From: Octopus vulgaris
Taxonomy: Eukaryota
Length of the DNA: 64,000 bases
Reading direction: 5' to 3'
Assembly: GCA_951406725.2 (NCBI GenBank)
Contig: OX597824.1
Span: forward strand, 89,528,001 to 89,592,000
Shown: piece by piece, positions 1 through 14,893 of the stretch
Position numbering within the stretch: the first letter of the stretch is position 1
How the letters are laid out: the number at the start of each line of letters is the position of its first letter
Translations under genes and position numbers: made by a program
Notes under the pieces: generated by a model
What the model was told of the DNA's origin: nothing
What the model saw: the letters and a program-made list of their open reading frames with translations, nothing else
Database searches by the model: none

Positions 1-395
1 CTGATGTCACCGCTCGGAGACGATGGAAGGAAGATAACTCCAACAGTTTTATTCTTCTTCAACGAATAAAGAATTCAAATTTTGGTACAAAGTCAGCTTT
101 TTGGGGGTGAGGTGGGGGAGTAAGGCGATTACATCGACCTCATATGCATGTATATATGTATATTTATGTATGTATGTATGTATACTCTTTTACTCTTTTA
201 CTTGTTTCAGTCATTTGACTGCGGCCATGCTGGAGCACCGCCTTTAGTCGATCAAATCGACTCCGGGACTTATTCTTTTGTAAGCCTAGTACTTATTCTA
301 TCGGTCTCTTTTTGCCGAACCGCTAAGTGACGGGGACGTAAACACACCAGCATCGGTTGTCAAGCAATGCTTGGGGGACAAACACAGACACACAA

Positions 396-438
<43 letters not shown>

Positions 439-1174
439 ATGAAAGGTAAAGTCGACCTGGGCGCAGTTTGAACTCAGAACGTGAGGACGAACGAAATGTC
501 GCTAGGCATTTCGTCCGGCGTGCTAACGACTCTTATTTCTTTATTGCCCGCAAAGGGCTTAACATAAGAGGGGACAAACAAGGACAGACAAAGAGATTAA
601 GTCGATTACATCGACCCCAGTGCGTAACTGGTTCTTAATTTATCGAAAGGCAAAGTCGACCTCGGCGGAATTTGAACTCAGAACGTAGCGGCAAACGAAA
701 TACTGCTAGGCATTTCGCCCGGCGTGCTAACGACTCTGCCAGCTTACCGCCTTAAATTCCACTTTAATGAATAACGAAGAGAATTGTTAGTGACCCTGTT
801 TCGATTCTCGCCGTTGTTATTGTTGGTTAACCCTCGGCCAGAACTAGTACAGCTGATCAATGAATAAAGATGGGTGGAGATGTCGAATATACAGGCAAAC
901 AACGGCGGAGGTAAAGATCGTGGACCGGACACCCTTTTGCGACTTTTTAAAATTTTTTTACAGGAACACACTATATCGAGGGCGGAGATTCCGAATCTGC
1001 AAAAAAAAAAAAAAAAAAAAAAATTCATATCGAAATTTAATCATAATCTCAATATTTTTCTACGTATTTCGCATCCCCAAAAATAAATTCTTTAAAAAGT
1101 GAAAATTTAAGAAATTTTAGACTAGGGGTTAGACAAGTGGGGTGATTTAAATTTTGAAATGCAGATTTTTTTGA

Positions 1175-1765
1175 TCTTTTCCTTTTGAACGGCACATGTC
1201 AACACAATTTCTAGTTAACTAAACACTTTAAAACTTTGTATACTGGTAGAATGTGTCAAAATAAAACATTCTTTTCTCTTGGCTTTCTTGAGAAAATTGT
1301 AATTTGTTTGTTTAACGTAGTTTAATTTTTCGAATTTTAACCAATGAATTGCCTCTAGTGAGCTAAAATCATTTGCTGCGTCTAAAACTGAGACAACATC
1401 CTGTTACTAACCCTAACCCTCACCCTAACCCTAACCCTAAATTTTTTTTTCCTGATTGTTAAATTAATTTAATTGTTACGCGTGTAAAAAAAAACCAAAG
1501 GCTAATTGATTAAATTATTTTCCATTGCTTTCGTTTTAGCCTTTCGTTTTTTTCTCTTAATTGTTATCCTTAAATTAATTTAACAATTAAGAAAAAAAAA
1601 CGAAAGGCAAAAATTTAGGGTTAAGGTGAGCGTGAGGGTGGGGATGTTGTCTCAGTTTTAGACGCAGCAAATGATTTTAGCTCAATTAGAGGCGATTCAT
1701 TGGTTAAAATTCGAAAAATTAAACTACGTTAAACAAACGAATTACAATTTTCTCAAGAAAACCAA
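1175..1765. mobile_element. Fold-back/MITE-like element with ~190 bp inverted arms containing CCCTAA/TTAGGG repeats
   Basis: 1280-1470 is the reverse complement of 1570-1765; (CCCTAA)n-like run at 1407-1440. Confidence 0.65.
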
Positions 1766-2320
1766 CAAACAAACAGCAACAACAACAAGAAAAGGAGCAG
1801 TTGGTGTGAGGTCGCTTGGTTGGTTACGGGTTAGCACACCTTTCAGTCAGATTAGGTCAGATTAACTGACTTGTGTGAGGTCCCTGGGGTCGGAGTGGTG
1901 GTGAGGCATACATTGTCACCAACTTGTTTCAAGGGGTACAAACGGGGATGGCCACCCCTGATTTTATCCTGCTTAAGAAGCACTTCTTCTTCTTAAGACT
2001 TCAAACGCTGGGCCGGATTAAATGTTCTGCTCGAAAACAACCAGCCGCTCAAACAAACAATCTTTTAAGAGTCTTAACGGCAGTGATTATAGCATTTGAC
2101 ATTATCATATTATCACCACCATCACCACAACCGCCACCGCCCCCGCTGCCACCACCATTACCGGCAGCAGGTCTACCTTCAATGTCATCATCATCACCAT
2201 CATCATCGTCATCATCACCAATACTTCTCTGTTTGGTTGACATGCACCCTCGTACAAAGTTTCCAGTTTAAACTAATCCAAAGTATTTAATACATGCACA
2301 CACAAACACGCACATATATG

Positions 2321-2329
<9 letters not shown>

Positions 2330-2365
<36 letters not shown>

Positions 2366-2532
2366 AAAAATTCTGTGTGGGAGACTACGTGGTTTGGTCT
2401 TGCTTCAGTCAAGAACATTCACAACTGACATGGAGCCCAAAAACTGGGCAAAATAAGTACTAAGTTATATCAAATATTAAGCCCGGATCGATGGAGTAAA
2501 TGTGTGTGTGTTTATGTGTGTGTATGTATAGA

Positions 2533-2582
<50 letters not shown>

Positions 2583-3250
2583 GTATGTCGCTTGTGTCAA
2601 TAAGTAGATGTGTCTTTTGATTTGCGTTAAATTCATAAAGAAAGAGATCCACACACACACACATATATATCTATCTAGTGCATGCATTCTTGAATGCATA
2701 AATGTGCATTTATGTGTGTGCATGTCAAGGTCATGTAAGACCACTGACAATTCCATAGGGCGTACGTAGCGATGACGAGCGGGAATACTACAATAAGCAA
2801 CAGACAAGGCAGACATACTTGAAGACATGTCGTGATACCAAAAGCAATGATACATGGTGATGTGTAAAGATCTGTGGATACTGTGGTGCATGTAATATTG
2901 AGTTGCTAAGATATTATATGTGATATATATACAACACACACACACATACAGAATGCCAGGCACAACACACATATATAATATACTTTACATATATGTTTAT
3001 ATATACTCAAATGTTTATATATATACAAATAATAAATATATTGATTTTATCATATATCAATCATAAATATCTATTATATTATAAGAATACATAAAAAACA
3101 TATCATGGATATCTGTATACATATATACTGATGTATATATATATATATATACATACATATATATATATATACAATGTTGTATACATTTTCATTTGATATA
3201 CAAAAACACATACATACATACATACATACATACATACATACATACATACA

Positions 3251-3281
<31 letters not shown>

Positions 3282-4209
3282 GCTTCGTGGAGTAGGTGAA
3301 GAAAGAATCAGTCACCATTGAGAGATTATTGGCATAGATGTCTTAAATCCACCATTTTATATGCACACAGATATTCTGTGAAAGGTTTTTTTACTGTATA
3401 TCAGAATCTGATGAGACAGGTATGTATGTATAAGATGACATATATATAAATTATGTATATATCTATATTTAAGGATTGTGTGTGTGTTAGATGTTTGTAT
3501 TTTTGGTTTTGTGTGTTGTGTGTAAAGGTAATATATTAGAGATAATAAGACTCTGTAATAGTGTAGAGATATGTTGGAAATGATGTGCTTTTGTTTGTTG
3601 TATCATCTTCTGTCATGATGTCATTCGTAGTGTGCCAAAATTTATTGTCCACAAGGTGGCTACTCCAATGCAAACGAGGACATTGACAAATGATTAAGTG
3701 TATTAAAAAAAAAAAGGAAAAAGCAGGTATGGTAGAAAAATAAAAAAAAAGTAAGAATATATATAACAAAATGGTGTATAGTAAAGTAGAAGTATTCAGA
3801 TGCAAATAAAATGTGATAGGAAAGGCAATGTGTCTGATAAAAGTGTTCCAATATTAGTGTCTGCTGAGCACCCCCAAAAGAAGGATGACCAGCATTCAGG
3901 TGGAGAAGTCGTTGAGATGTAATAGATGAAGACGTGCCATATCAGCAATAACCATGGTGAACTACTGAACCATTTGTACTGTCACAATTAATTGATACAT
4001 AGGAAAAATTTCATGCACTGATATTCAGTCATTATCGATCGGTGAAAAGCTTGTATGTAGACTATATTGCCATGATATTTTTATCACACACAAAACAAGA
4101 AGGCAGACAACAACAACAGAGAGACACATATTTATATATACATATATGAATAGTGTGTGTGTGTGGTATACTCATAAGACTGCATGTTTTTATTGCGCAT
4201 GTGTGTGTG

Positions 4210-4242
<33 letters not shown>

Positions 4243-4830
4243 CCAAATATACATTATGATTTTTTTCTCTGTCATGTCCTTCTTCTTATGTATTCTATGA
4301 AAATGTTAAACCCACTATCTTTTTTTTCTATGTCACACAATATTATATTTTCCCATTCCATTGTTGTATGTGTTGTTTGGATTAATTTATAAACACACAC
4401 ATAAACATACAGTACATAATGCATAGATACATAGAAGATACTTCAATATACAATCTGTTTTCTGCTATAATATCAAGTTTTATAGTGGTGAGTATAGGAG
4501 AAGGACAGAAGAGTGTGATTGAACGAGAGGAACTTAAATAGATAGAAGGACTATAATCTAGACACAATAAGAGGAAAGAAGCGTCAATTTTGAGAACGCA
4601 GACAAACTTGAGTCACATTAGCATGTTATAAAATTATTTTTACACTGCAGACCAAAACTGGAGAAGGTGTTCTATCGATTTTTTGAACATTTTTGGTGTC
4701 TACATCTTTGAAATCTGAAAGCACATTTATATACAAGAGAAATAGTTCTAATTTGTATAAAGTTTTAGTTTATCGTATATTTAAACATGTGCTATCTGAT
4801 ATATTCTTTGTGTGTGTGTGTGGGTGTCTT
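2330..4830 (-). repeat. Degraded, deletion-rich inverted copy of ~4840-8245, including a broken copy of NPC2 exon 1 at ~2745-2820
   Basis: Collinear reverse-complement matches throughout, e.g. 2761-2820 vs 7611-7680, 3870-3900 vs 6260-6290, 4690-4790 vs 4900-5045. Confidence 0.9.
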
Positions 4831-4845
4831 TAGGAAACATACATC

Positions 4846-4885
<40 letters not shown>

Positions 4886-5418
4886 TATACAGATACACAC
4901 ACATGTATTAATATATACATAAATCTTAAAACTTATATACAGATTAGAAGCCCTATTTCTCTGAATCTCCTGGATTTGTACTGTATATAAACAGATTGGC
5001 TGCGGGATTCTCTGGAATTGATCAAACTGATGTAGACACCAAAAATGAGAAGTAGATAAAGTTCTAAAATCGATGAAGGCCATTCATCCATATTTTGGTC
5101 TACGGGAATATTATTAAATTTACCCTATTTCACTAAAACGTCGGCTTGAAGTGTGACTGCAAAATGTGGTGCTGAAAACGTCCATCAAAGGTGGCTAGAA
5201 GTGGTTTCTCTTTGAGCGGGCGGATATAGATTAAAACAGAAAATGAAAACGCAAAAATATCTATCATATTTAGTAAAATAACCGATCTGAAACAAGGGTT
5301 CAGTCACACTGCGTGGTACCGTTGGCAGTGCCTTCTGCTATAGCCTCGGGCCGACCAAAGCCTTGTGAGTGGATTTAGTAGACGGAAACAGAAAGAAGCC
5401 TGTCGTATAGATAGATAG

Positions 5419-5521
<103 letters not shown>

Positions 5522-5654
5522 GTATGCATATATATATGTATATATGTTTATATATAGTTAATCCAAACAAGAAAGCACAAAAAAACACAACAATGCGAGG
5601 ACGTGGAACAAATATAGTATTATTGGACGCCCAGGAAAGAAGGAAAGAAGGAGG

Positions 5655-5689
5655 GTTTAACGTTTTGAGCGGAGCTCTTCGTCGGAAAC
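5655..5689 (-). ncRNA. Degenerate minimal hammerhead-like motif within a TA-embedded repeat (5555-5765)
   Basis: GTTT-CCGACGA-A-GAGC-TCC-GCTC-AAAA-CG-TT-AAAC; GAAA reads AAAA in this copy. Confidence 0.4.
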
Positions 5690-5930
5690 ATAGGAGAAGG
5701 AAAGATCCAGAGAAGGGAAGACAGAGGAAAAAAATCGCCAACGGTACACACGAGGTCATATTTGGGTGTGTGTGTGCATGTGTCATATATACGGGTATAT
5801 ATGAGTATACACACACACATATACAGTTATATATGTGTATACGCACACACTCATACACACATATACAAGTATATATGGGTATACACACACACACATATAT
5901 TCAGGTATATACGAGTGTATATATAAATAT

Positions 5931-5966
<36 letters not shown>

Positions 5967-6815
5967 TCTCTGTCTCTCACACACAGATTAAAGTATGGCA
6001 TGGCAATGACTTGAATGTCTCGACGGTTGTTGCCTTCAAGCTTTCACCGATCGTTGACTTCGGCAGAAATCAGTGATCGATGAAATCTTTTCCTTGTATC
6101 AATAATTGTGCGACAGGCTACCCTTAAATGGATTCAGTGATCCTGCCACGCCTACATTTGCTGCTCATTACGATACATCCATGGCCACCCGTTTCATCTA
6201 CCCGTTGCAACGCAGCCGCTCCGTTCAGTCATCATCTCTCAATCCCGGCCCCCGACCCCCTCCACCTGTGCTGGTCATCCTTCTTTTGGCCCCTTTGTTG
6301 GCCCTGCTCAACAGACACTAACCTCACCCCGCTCTGCTCCCAGCCAACACTCTTCCTCCTTCGAACCACCTCCATTGCCTTTACCTCATCACACGCTTTT
6401 ACCTTTGCCCACCTCTGCAATACCCTAGCCCTAACCCTAATTACTAAATATCCCTGCCTTTTCCCGTCGTATTTGTGCCCCTCATTCTGGTCCCTTTTTT
6501 TAATGCTATCGCACTGTCAGTTTGCCCATCCGCCTGCCTGCCTTTCTGTCCGTCTGCTCTGTCTGTCTGTCTGTAATCGACTTAATCCCTTTGTCTGTCC
6601 TCGTTTGTCACCTCTGTGTGTAGCCCCTTGTGGACAATAAAGAAATAGGTTTCAGGCACCCTGACACCCGCGGGTCGACGAAGATGACATCATTGACGAC
6701 GAGAGCAATGTATACAAATGACGAAAAGCTACCCGAATCAGTTTTCCAATGCAGTATTTTTACGCTATTATTCAGAGATTTATTATCTGCTTCGAGATCC
6801 AGTATTACAAAAAGC

Positions 6816-6852
<37 letters not shown>

Positions 6853-7101
6853 AAATATAGATATATACATACATGAGTGTATATATATGTATGCATTTAG
6901 TCACATACATACCTGTACATGCATCAGAGTTCATGCATATACAGGTACACACGCAAAGGCACATGTACACAGGCATGTGTGTGTGTCATTGCATATAAAT
7001 TTCAGGTGGATTAAGACAGCCTGCTGAATGGCTTCTTTAATAATCCTCACCTCACAGCAGATGATCTGATCTCTTTCTCCCCCACCTACTCCTACACACA
7101 C

Positions 7102-7132
<31 letters not shown>

Positions 7133-7274
7133 TGTATGTATGTATGTATGTATGTATGTATGTATGTATGTGTTTATGTATATAAACACATATATATATA
7201 TATGTATACACACATATATATATATATATATATGTGTGTATATATATATATATATACATATGTATATATGTATA

Positions 7275-7326
<52 letters not shown>

Positions 7327-7432
7327 TATTTATAGATATATATATGTATATATATATACATATATATGTATATATATATGTGTATATATATAAACATGTA
7401 TATAAATATATAAACATATATATACATATATG

Positions 7433-7502
<70 letters not shown>

Positions 7503-7614
7503 CATATATATATAATATACATACATGCATATATACGTACATACGCACCACAGATCCACAGACACACATCACCATTGCTTGCTTGCTTTGCCGTTCACGA
7601 CCTCTGTCTTCAAG

Positions 7615-7693
7615 ATGTCTGCCTGGTGTCTGTTGCTTATTGCTGCGGTCTTCCCGCTCGTCGCCGTCGCTACGTCGCCCTACCTGGAATGTG
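7615..7693 (+). CDS. NPC2: NPC2-like ML-domain protein, coding exon 1 (signal peptide, [26 protein letters not shown]+G)
   Basis: ATG in caagATG context, hydrophobic signal-like stretch, first conserved Cys, phase-1 donor G|gtcagt; joins in frame to exon 2. Confidence 0.88.
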
Positions 7694-7881
7694 GTCAGTG
7701 GTCTTGTTCATGCCTTGCACATTGCACACTGCACACTACATGCACATTTGTGCATTCAAGAATGCATGCACTTTTGAATAGATATATATGTGTGTGTGTG
7801 TGGTCTCTTTCTCTATATCTTTATTTAACACACACACATAAACGCACACATCTACTTATGTACACATACACACATACACGC

Positions 7882-7978
<97 letters not shown>

Positions 7979-8024
7979 CCATGTCGTATATCCTTTGTGT
8001 TCTGTTTTTAATTTTATTTGATAT

Positions 8025-8180
8025 AACTTAGAATAACTTAGAAAGCTTTTGGCCAGTATTGGCCCAGGCCATGTCTAAATTGCGAGGATGATCCGGTTCT
8101 TGACTGAAGATTGAAGGCTTCGAATATCCCGTATCGTCTCCCAAATTCTTTGCGTTCTTGTCCCAGTTTGTATTTTTATA
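8025..8180 (-). mobile_element. LINE 3'-end fragment (partly repeated at 8243-8302)
   Basis: gacatggcctgg-ccaata-tggc...ctaagttatt tandem tail resembles the 3' tail of the LINE ending near 26100. Confidence 0.5.
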
Positions 8181-8184
8181 CATA

Positions 8185-8247
<63 letters not shown>

Positions 8248-8300
8248 CTTAGAATAACTTAGAAAGGTTTTGGCCAGTATTGGCCCAGGCCATGTCTAAC

Positions 8301-8387
<87 letters not shown>

Positions 8388-8899
8388 TTGTTTTGCAAGA
8401 TTCTTGATGTGAAATCGTGTGTTGAAACAGATATTGTTGTATTTAGGAATGGTCATTTTGCCAGTTTAGCCAATAAAAAAAAATGACGACATCACAAGAA
8501 TGTGACGAAAGAACTCTGGCCGAAATAAGATTAAGATTAATGTAAAAAACGAATAACGCTGAAGCAAAGTAACACCGAATATATAGTGCGTGGTTTTTTT
8601 TTTTGCTAAACTAGCAAAATGACCATTCCTAAATACAACTATACATATATATATATATGTATATATATATACCGGACAAAATGCTAAGCATCATTTCGTC
8701 CGTCTTTATGTTCTGAGCTTAAATTCTGCCGAAGTCAACTTTGATTTTCATCGTTTCGGATGCTAAAATGAATACCAGTCATGTAATGGGGTTGATGTAG
8801 TTAACCACGGTCGAACAATGATGATGATGATGAGCATACACCCCTAAAATTTCAGGCTTCAAGCCAATAATTGAAAGAACTACATATGATAAGATAGGA

Positions 8900-9015
8900 T
8901 AGGGGCCGGACTGAGAGTATTAATGGGCCCTCGAGCATAACTATCCCTTAACATTGATAGCAAAGAGAGTTAACATGTAGAGTGCCCGACTGACCGACTG
9001 CTCAATCCGCCCCTG
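8900..9015. mobile_element. hAT-type MITE
   Basis: TIRs tAGGGGcCGGAcTGAG / CTCAATCCGCCCCTG; 8-bp TSD agatagga/ggatagga. Confidence 0.6.
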
Positions 9016-9278
9016 GGATAGGATATGATATATATATATCACTCTTTTACTTGTTTCGGTCATTTGACAGTGGGCAAATGCTGGACCCCAGGAATTATTT
9101 TATCGGTTCCTTTTGCCGAACGGCCAAGTTACGGGGACGTAAACACACCAGCTTCGGTTGTCAAACGATGTTTGGGGGGGGGATGACAAACACAGACACA
9201 CAAACATATACACACACATATATATATATATATACATACATACATATATATATATATGTGTGTGTGTGTATGTATATG

Positions 9279-9351
<73 letters not shown>

Positions 9352-9594
9352 GACAGGCTTTTGCCAAATCCACTCACAAGAGTGGTCGGCCCGAGGCTAT
9401 AGTAGAAGACACTCGCCCAAGGTGTCACGCAGTGGGACTGAATCCGGAACCATGTGGCTCGTAAGCAAGCTACTTACCACACAGCCAGTCCTCTCTCTCA
9501 TTCTCTCTCTCTCTCTATATATATATATATAAATATATATATATGTATATATATATATGTATAAGGGTGAAAAGGAACACACGAGTTGATATAT

Positions 9595-10227
<633 letters not shown>

Positions 10228-10327
10228 CGCACGCATGTGTGTATGTATGTATATTAATTTTTATATCTAGTTATACCCTTTCTGCTTATAGGCAGAAGGC
10301 CTGAAATTTGGGGTAGGGGACCAGTCG

Positions 10328-10371
<44 letters not shown>

Positions 10372-10447
10372 AATGGAGTTGAACGCAGGTGTTATTCAAA
10401 TTCTTTTACTTTCGACACATGCCTTGTTGTTGAGATAGGTTCTCTTT

Positions 10448-10533
10448 CTTTCCTGATGAGAAAATTACATTATTTTACACCGTTTATTCCTTTGGAATAA
10501 AACCAATGTTGACTTCGAAACATATGTCGAAAG
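10448..10533 (+). ncRNA. Type-I hammerhead ribozyme candidate with canonical core and long stem II
   Basis: CTTTC-CTGATGA-G...(tttattcc-ttt-ggaataaa hairpin)...C-GAAA-CATATG-TC-GAAAG; predicted cleavage after C10528. Confidence 0.75.
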
Positions 10534-10711
10534 TAAAAGAATTTGAATAACACCTGCGTTCAACTCCATTTATTTACTTATACTATACAAATTACTGCAC
10601 ATTAACCCGGAGTTTCTACCTTTGAATAGGTCGCTACATCCTTGTTACTTGCGTGAATTTTGCTACCCTGGTAACTGTTTATTGAATTTTCCGTGTTAAC
10701 GGCAAACAAAG

Positions 10712-10742
<31 letters not shown>

Positions 10743-10842
10743 TGTATTATATAAATATTTATGGAAATATATTTAAATTAAACTTTGTCTGAGAATAAAA
10801 GCTTGAAATGTGTTTTAATATATTTTTCTTAATCTACCGAAG

Positions 10843-10953
10843 ACGCTGCCCATGGGACGGTCTTAGATGTCCGAGTGAGCGACTGTTCCGCCGAGGGACC
10901 GTGTATTTTGACCAGGAATCAAAATGTCTCAATTGAAGTGGATTTTGCACCGA
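10843..10953 (+). CDS. NPC2: NPC2 coding exon 2 (DAAHGTVLDVRVSDCSAEGPCILTRNQNVSIEVDFAP)
   Basis: Acceptor tttttcttaatctaccgaag|, donor A|gtaagt, 111 nt, phase 1-1; V-x-V-x-x-C...PC...V-x-x-x-x-x-F pattern of NPC2; not in the ORF track. Confidence 0.92.
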
Positions 10954-11903
10954 GTAAGTAATGTTATTATTGTTATTTAACCCAACTCCAGCCCTGATCG
11001 AGCAAACCCTTATTCAAAGGCTCTCCAACCGTGACTTTCCATTTTATGCTATTTCAGATATATTATCCAGAATTAAGATTTCTTATCTCTTTTATATAAC
11101 AACGAACTGGACGAAATGCTTACGTTCTGAGTTCAAATTCCGCCGAGGTCGACTTTGCCTTTCATCCTATCGGGGTTGATAAATTAAGTACCAGTTATGC
11201 ACTGGGGTCGTTGTAATCAACTTAATACCTATGTCTGTCCTTGTTTGTCCTCTCTGTGTTTAGCCCCTTGTGGGTAATAAAGAAATAGGTATTTCGTCTG
11301 CCGTTACGTTCTGAGTTCAAATTTCGTCGTAGGTCTACTTTGCCTTTCATCCTTTCGGGGTCGATTAAATAAGTACCAGTTACGCACTGGGGTCGATGTA
11401 ATCGACTTAATCCTTTTGCCTATACCTGTTTTCCCCCTCTATGCTTAGCTCCTTGTGGGTAATAAAGAAATAAACGATGAAGCGCTCTTATGATGGCGTA
11501 TCAACAATTCTTTAATATCTCTATAGAAATATTGACTAATCTTGGAGTTCCTTCGTTTATTATAATCCTAATTGTATCACTTACACCAGCCAAGTTTGGT
11601 GATTCGTTAAGATTGTGAATGATTGGCATTTCATAAAATTCCGCTGTGACTTGCGAAACAGCAGATTTTTAAATACACTTTTGTTGCAGATCTGTAGGAT
11701 AATGCTCTACGTCAAAGTTTCTATCATAATCGCAATAAAATATAGCAGTTAACAACATACAACGGAAATTTCAGTGGAAGGGAGACGACTCCGTAAGCAC
11801 TGTTATCTCCCTTTGTTTATTAAATTTGTTAGTACTGGCTGCAGGCAAACAATCAGATTTTGAAGTCTCTCCAGGGACAGCGTCTGCTGTTCGATGAATA
11901 ATA

Positions 11904-12440
<537 letters not shown>

Positions 12441-12833
12441 CAAATATTGTACAAGTATCACAGTGTGAATTTCACAAGGGCATATAAGATTAGCTTTCGT
12501 TGATTTTCGAACAGAAATGCAGAGAACGACATGATCAGTTGATTGCATTTGTAGAACCATCAAATGGTTTGGAACTTACGTTGGGTTGTCTTCGGAAGTC
12601 TCTTAGTTCAAGTCTTCTATCTGAGTTCCACACAAGTAACTGCATTCTCAGTGCTTCAGTGTAAAAATAGGAGTCAGACAAGGTTACCTGCTGGCGCCTA
12701 TACTGTTGGAAATTTTCCTGTACTGTATTACCAGCTATAGAGAATTTTTCAATATTCTAAGGCTATATAGGCTACAGCTAAGCTAAGATATGAACTGAAC
12801 GTTAAACATACACATGAATCGGCACAAGTGCGG

Positions 12834-12911
<78 letters not shown>

Positions 12912-13080
12912 AGACACACACACAACATATATACATGCATACCTACATACATACATGCATACATACATACATACATACGTACGTACATACATGCATACGT
13001 ACATACATGCATACGTACATACATACATACATACATACATACATACATACATACATACATACATACATACATACATACAT

Positions 13081-13636
13081 GGTGGCTGCCCTCTCGTTAT
13101 CGAGTATGGCCATTGCACGAAGCTTAATCAATGTTGTTATCGTGCAATGCCTGTGCAAGAAGATTTTTTAAAGTGAGGAAAGGCTGTGCACTGAGTCAAT
13201 CCCACTCACTAAGCAACAGCAGCCATAATCCGAAAAGAAGAACAAGTCAACAGCATCGGTAACCACTGAGCCGCAGGTTTTATGTCGGAGTTATCCCAGT
13301 TACCTGAGTTACCTTCTCCTAGAAGGATGCCCTAACAAAGGCTAGGAGACCTTCACTCCCAATGGTTTAACCGCGCGATCGGGTATTCAGTCCGATTATT
13401 TCTATGTCCCCGCGCATGATACAGCCTTAAGACATTTATTTATTGGATGGCCGTTGACTCTCAAGAGTTCCTCCGCCCTTTGACGGGTTTTGTTTTTCAT
13501 CCCGCAGGGTGTCCAATAAACACCCTCCTCATCAAGCAAGCTTGGTGGGGTTGCCGGTTTAGTCGCCGACGACCCGACCATGCAACAGGTTGTACTGGGT
13601 TACATGTTACCAGTAGCACTCGAAAGTGACCTGACA
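13081..13636 (-). mobile_element. ~555-bp non-autonomous retroposon embedded in (ATGT)n
   Basis: Unique-complexity segment between TACA arrays; its 3' 320 bp recur nearly identically, in inverted orientation, at 24393-24716. Confidence 0.75.
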
Positions 13637-13667
<31 letters not shown>

Positions 13668-14158
13668 CATACATACATACATGCATACATACAAACATAC
13701 ATACATGCATACATACATACATGCATACATACATACATGCATACATACATACATACATACATACATACATACATGCATACATACATACATACATACATGC
13801 ATACATACATACATGTATACATACATACATGCATACATACATACATACATGCATGCATACATACATACATACATACATACATACATACATAATACGTACA
13901 TACATGTATACATACATACATACATACATACATACATACATACATACATACATACATACATGCATGCATACATACATACATGTATACATACATACATACA
14001 TACATACATACGTACATACATACGTACATACATGCATGCATACATACATACATACATACATACATACATACATACATACATACATACATGCATGCATATA
14101 TGTATGAGAAATTAAATAAATGACAAAGGAAAAATAAATTATATTATATAGATTTCAT

Positions 14159-14240
14159 TAGCTTACAGCTGTTTCTGCAATTAGAAGCAATAACTTCAGA
14201 GTTGAGTGCTGTGTATCTCCCTATAGCTTCGTCGGAGCTA
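14159..14240 (-). ncRNA. Hammerhead ribozyme candidate (C4 core variant)
   Basis: TAGCT-CCGACGA-...-GAAA-CAGCTG-TA-AGCTA: 5-bp stem I, palindromic stem III, GUA site. Confidence 0.6.
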
Positions 14241-14636
14241 TTTATTGGAGAAACAACAGCTGTAGACTAGCGAAGTTCTTGACACAATTCCTTATTCCTT
14301 TGTCCTTTGTATTTCTCATTACTGCTCTCTGCTCGGTTGATGCTTCGCTCTGAGGCTTAGGGACTTTGAGGTTGAGCACCAGGTCATTAGTATCGCTATA
14401 TCTTAACGACACAACAACAACAACAACAATATGTATGTATGTATGTTTATATATATATATGGTTCTCCCTCTTTCGCACTCTCTCTTTCTCCCTCCTCCT
14501 CTCTCCCTACCTGCCTCCTCTCCCCCTCTCCCTCCCCTCTCTCTCTATATATATACCTCTGAGCGAAGTATAAACAGTAGCCGCACGACATCATGAAGTA
14601 TATTTGCCACCTAAATGTGGCTAATCCTTAAGGGTG

Positions 14637-14893
14637 GATGCTACTGTAGTTTGTAGCCCCAGGAGAACATCTTCTCGAGCTGGCTATTGATACACTTTCT
14701 GTGCCCTATCGGTATTTGCAAAGGGAAGCCATCGTTCCCATCTCCAACTTGATGTGATACCCATGGACCCGATCACGTCAGGCTGGAGATGGGAACGATG
14801 ACTTCCCTTTGCAAATACCGATAGGGCACAGATAGTGTGTCAATAGCCAGCTGGAGGAGATGTCTTCCTGGGGCTACAGGCTACTGTAGCATC
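14637..14893. repeat. Diverged inverted repeat with ~120-bp arms, same family as 56443-57061
   Basis: 14637-14758 is the reverse complement of 14772-14893; shares tagccccagg and tatttgcaaaggga with the 56.5-kb element. Confidence 0.85.

Noticed and set aside
2745-2820. Second NPC2 exon 1 / paralogue on the minus strand
   Set aside because: Frameshifted and part of the degraded mirror arm; no matching downstream exons.
13300-13365. HDV-like ribozyme in the retroposon
   Set aside because: Could not place P1 or the catalytic C in J4/2; kept only as an unspecified structured RNA hypothesis.
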